Assembly (NCBI RefSeq): GCF_048593235.1
Contig: NC_133622.1
Location: 247,322,055-247,386,054, forward strand
Source: Sminthopsis crassicaudata
Taxonomy: Eukaryota
Reading direction: 5' to 3'
Length of the DNA: 64,000 bases
A program made the translations under genes and the position numbers. The notes beneath the pieces were generated by a model. It made no database searches. It had not been told where the DNA came from and saw only the letters and a list, made by a program, of their open reading frames with translations. Positions 59,881 through 64,000 of this stretch are shown one piece after another; within the stretch, counting starts at the first letter, position 1; the number at the start of each line of letters is the position of its first letter.

Positions 59881-62800
59881 GCGGCTGGGCGGCCCGGGGG
59901 CCGCGCCCTCATAGCGGGCAGCGATGGCCAGGAAGAGGAGGGCCGTGGCGGCCTGGATGCCGGCCAGCAAGAAGAAGTAGAGGTCCAGCCGGCAGTTGTT
60001 GATGTTTCCTGCGGACGGACGGAGAGATCCGGGGCGTGAGGCCCCGAGTCTCCACAGCGCCCCCGCTCGGCCCCCCTCGGGCAGTGACGGCGGGGGGGTG
60101 CGCCGGCCCCCCAGCCTCCACGGGCTGCTGACCGCTGGGCCGCGCCCTCGTGGCCTTCCCGGCCTGGGGGGGTTCTCATTTTAACATGAGGCCCACGGAA
60201 TCTGGCTCTGCAGCCCCCCTCCCCCCAGGCCCCTTACGCACTGAAGTCTCCCATCTGAGGAGGGGCGAGAGCGGGACTTTAACCCTAAGCTTCGTCCAAG
60301 GGCGCGGGAGCTCCGCCTCTGGGGACCACCCCGCCCCCAGCGCCCCCAGCACTTACCGTAGTCGCCGGGACAGTGCAGCCAGCCCCCTGGCGGGAGGGAC
60401 AATAAGGCCACCAGCCCCGAGCCCAGGAGGGAGCCCACCCCGGACAGGAAGTAGAAGATGCCCATGATGGCGCCCTGCATGGACCGGGGAGCTTCGGAGT
60501 AGGCGAACTCCAGGCCTAGGGCAGAGGGGGGCGGGGTGAGCAGGGGGGGAAAGTCCGGCCAGGCTGCCGACAGGGTTCTGGGCTCACCCCTGAGCAAGGG
60601 GGAAGGGGCGGGGTCCAGGGCCAGAGCGGACCAGAGACCCCTGGGAGGCCGGGCCTCTTCCCGCCACACCCGCCCGACCCCTGCTGACTGAGCTAGAGGA
60701 GGGGACCAGCCCGTGCCCTTCTGCAAGTGTCTCCCCCAGACCCAAAGCCTCGAGTTCAGGTTCCCGGATTAGACTTGGCCGGAGGCAGAATGCCCCGCGT
60801 CTGTCCCCAGATGGAAGGGGGGCGGCCTTGGGAGGGTCAGTCTCCTCTCCTTGGGGAGCTTTAGGGGGGAGCTCCGAGCCCCTCGGGCAGTTTCCCTCCC
60901 TGCGAGGCTGCTTCCAACTCCCAGGTTCTGTGCTCTGGGAAAGGGCATCCAGGGAGACCCCCCTTTCCCCGTGGGGACAGAAAAAGCTGCAGCTTCTGGG
61001 CTCGCACAGACCCCTCCAAACTCTATCAATGGCACCCGCCCCCAGGCCCATCTTGTCTGGGGAAGGGGGGGCTGCCCCGGTACCTGGGATGCTGGCAAAG
61101 ATCTCGCTGATGCCAATGAGGAGATACTGAGGGATCTGCCACCAGATATACAGAGGGGCTGCAAAGTACACGTCCCGACCGATTTGCTGAGCCACGGTCT
61201 CGTTGTGGTGGATGTACTGGAGCCTCTTGGTCTCCAGGATGCCTGTCGGGGAGTCACCAGGGTTGAGCGCCTTGGGGATTGTGGCTTACAGCCTCATCCT
61301 CTACCACCCTAATTTACCTGCCAGTGGGTAACACTCTGCCCCATGATCTAAGGCCCTCCCAGCTCCATTGCCCTGCGCCCCATTTCCTGAGCTCCATCAC
61401 CCTGTGCCCTGTGTCCTGAGCTCCATCGCCCTGTGCCCTGTGTCCCGAGCTCCATCGCCCTGTGCCCCATTTCCTGAGCTCCATCGCCCTGCGCCCCATG
61501 ATCTAAGGCCCTCCCAGCTCCAATACTCTGCCCCATGTCCCAAGCTCCATCGCCCTGTGCCCTGTGTCCCGAGCTCCATCGCCCTGTGCCCTGTGTCCCG
61601 AGCTCCATCGCTCTGTGCCCTGTGTCCTGAGCTCCATCGCCCTGTGCCCTGTGTCCCGAGCTCCATTGCCCTGCACCCCATTTCCTGAGCTCCATCGCCC
61701 TGCGCCCCATGATCTAAGGCCCTCCCAGCTCCAATACTCTGCCCCATGTCCCAAGCTCCATCGCCCTGTGCCCTGTGTCCCGAGCTCCATCGCCCTGTGC
61801 CCCATTTCCTGAGCTCCATCGCCCTGCGCCCCATGATCTAAGGCCCTCCCAGCTCCAATACTCTGCCCTGGGTTCTAAGGCCTCCGTTCCTGGCCTAAGG
61901 TTCTCGAGCACAGCATGAGCGGCTTCCTCCTTCCTACCATGGTGTCTGATTTGTCCCCGCGGTCCTTGTGGCTGACACAGAACACCCACTTTTCCTGCCC
62001 AGGATGGCCAGAGCTGGCCCCAGCTCCCCCCCCATAGGCTGCTGAGCTGCCTCCCTCACAGCCCCTCCCCAGAATGACCTGCCACGATGACAGAAGCAAA
62101 GCCAAAGAACATGCCCAGGGCCATCTTCTTGAGAAGTGAGGGGAGCAGCTTCCTGCGCTGCAGGAACGGATCGAGGAGGTGGTCCTTCAGAGGGACCAGG
62201 ACAAGCACCATGACCACGTTGGCCAGAAGGAGCCAGGCTTCCGGAAACTGGGAGGGAGGGAACCAGATCAGGGCCTAGCCTGGCGCCTGGGAAGCAGAGG
62301 GTGAGGGGCCAGGTCAAAGCCGGTGCTCACCCAGATGGGATGTCCCCCAGGCCTCTGGTCACCAACTTGAGTCACCAGCTGGGGAGATTCAGGATGCCCC
62401 CTCCCAGTAAAAGCCCCCACCCCTGGCAGCCGCCAGTCCGACAGGGAAGGAGGGCAGAAGGCAGTGGGGAGCCCAACAGATGCTTCCTGGGAGCCCCAAG
62501 TTCTGGACAGAGTTAAGGTCCCTGTACCTCTGTGGCCCAGTAACAGGCTCTGTTTCCAGAATGAGGGAATAAATTCAGGGAAGGGGGGGATGAAACTGGA
62601 AGGAGGCTGCATTTGAAATCGAGACATGAGTCCATTCTCACCAGACACGCAGCAGCTGTGTGAGCTTTGCAAAGAACTAGGGCTCTCCGTTTCCTCATAG
62701 GGAAAATGGGGGTGTTAATGCTCCCTACAGGAGAGACGGGCCTAAGAACTGAACTGACTGAGCACCTCGGAGTATTCAAACTTTGGGATCTGAGGACCGC

Positions 62801-63508
62801 TTTGTAAAGTTCCTGCAGCCCTGCAGCCCTCTCCAAAAGGCTTTGTGAGTTCTACCTGCATTTCCCTTATTAGAAACGACATTTCTGTCATTTCATATTG
62901 TCATGAACAAATTTTGACCTTGTGATCCCCTAACAGGGTGTTGGGGACCCTCTTTCTCCCTGACCACAGTTTGAGCACGGCTGGAGTAGATGGACTCTGG
63001 GACCTCCTAATCCCGGCATTTGGTGCTCATTCCTAATGTTTGCAGATGCTCTGACATTCATCAACACTAACATATTCGCCAATAACACTAACATATAACG
63101 CCAATATTCCATTTTCGAATGTGGCCAAGGTCTTGCCTAGTGCTAACATTCTGTGTTCCATCATTCCTCCCAGCTTTAATATTCCCTGTTCTAAGGCTCT
63201 GACATCCCCTGTTCTAAGGTCCCTCCCAACACTAACATTCCCTGTTTCAAGTTCTTGCTGACCAAGGCTGGCTCCCGGTCCCCCCGAAGAAGCCCTAGGG
63301 GGCTGGCGATATTCAGGGCTTGGCTGGTTCTGGTTCTGGTTCTGAGGGCGGGGGGGGGGGGTCTGTTGGAAAGGATGGGACTTTGTCTCACCCTGTAGCT
63401 GCTCCTGTCCTGGGGAAGCTTGTTGCTGTTGCTCCCATTGTCCAATGGGTTCTGGAAAATATGTGGGATTTGGAGGTGCAAGCCCTGCAGAACATAAGTG
63501 GACTGCAT
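59854..63508 (-). CDS. SLC15A3: Solute carrier family 15 member 3 (PHT2 peptide/histidine transporter); last five exons, 5' part outside the window
   Basis: Exons on -: 63392-63508 ([12 protein letters not shown]), 62079-62247 ([11 protein letters not shown]...[11 protein letters not shown]), 61084-61242 ([21 protein letters not shown]), 60357-60515 ([19 protein letters not shown]), 59854-60008 ([19 protein letters not shown]...stop). GT-AG, in phase, syntenic. Confidence 0.96.
61340..61870. repeat. Higher-order ~29-bp minisatellite in an SLC15A3 intron
   Basis: Subunit GAGCTCCATCGCCCTGTGCCCTGTGTCCC, punctuated four times by ATGATCTAAGGCCCTCCCAGCTCC. Confidence 0.9.
63020..63260. repeat. Degenerate low-complexity repeat resembling the MIR3-type SINE tail
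   Basis: Repeated ctaacattc / ttctaaggtccctccca motifs. Confidence 0.45.
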
Positions 63509-64000
63509 CTGGGGAGAGAGAAAGGACAGAGCAGGAGTCAGACTTCCCGCTTTCCCTGGATTCCTGAGGAGTCCCCAGAATTCTCCCAGACGCTGCCCCC
63601 CCAGAATTCTCCCAGACGCTGCCCCCCCTCCCAGGTCCTTTCTGCCTCAGCTTACTAAGAAACAGAATGGGAGACACTTTTAGCATCAGGGAAAAGGAAG
63701 ACTCCCAGAGTTCCTTTTCCTACAACTGAACTGTCCCAACATGGTGCGTGTGGTATTGGCCAGTCCTCTGATTCTACTAGTGCAGGGAACTCCCAACAAG
63801 AAAATCTCCCCTGCAACATAGGGAGTGACCTGGGACACCTGGCCAGGATCATCCAGCCCCTTAGTGTGGACAGTAGGATTCGAACCCAGGTTTCCCCTTC
63901 CATGGGCAGCTCTCAGCCCGCTATTGCCGGGCTAACTTAGGGAGCACTTCCAAACGGAATCCAACAACATGTGTATGAGAAACTCTTGAAACAGAGACAG

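Overview
This is eukaryotic genomic DNA from a marsupial; the young CORE-SINEs starting GGGGCAGCTAGG(T/G)GGCGCAGTGGA suggest an Australian, possibly dasyurid, species. It is the region syntenic to human chr11q12 and contains ZP1(+), PRPF19(-), TMEM109(+), TMEM132A(+) and the last five exons of SLC15A3(-). I traced all exons by hand using GT-AG boundaries and reading phase. They give intact ORFs: ZP1 667 aa in 12 exons, PRPF19 504 aa in 15 coding exons, TMEM109 241 aa, TMEM132A 1022 aa in 11 exons. The main surprise is an extra, intact, single-coding-exon 577-aa pogo/Tigger (CENP-B/TIGD-family) transposase-derived gene at 36954-38687(-), which I do not recall at this position in human. It has no recognisable terminal inverted repeats and its third catalytic Asp is replaced by Gly. 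It lies head-to-head with TMEM109 across a CpG island carrying NRF1 sites and two perfect RFX X-boxes, which fits a domesticated transposase. Other points: an unexplained dimeric, poly(A)-punctuated tandem array at 15.2-16.35 kb; a probable precise intron loss in PRPF19; overlapping 3' ends of TMEM132A and SLC15A3; and many GC-rich minisatellites, which account for most long ORFs in the supplied track. Comparisons with human are from memory and need database confirmation. Repeat boundaries are approximate.
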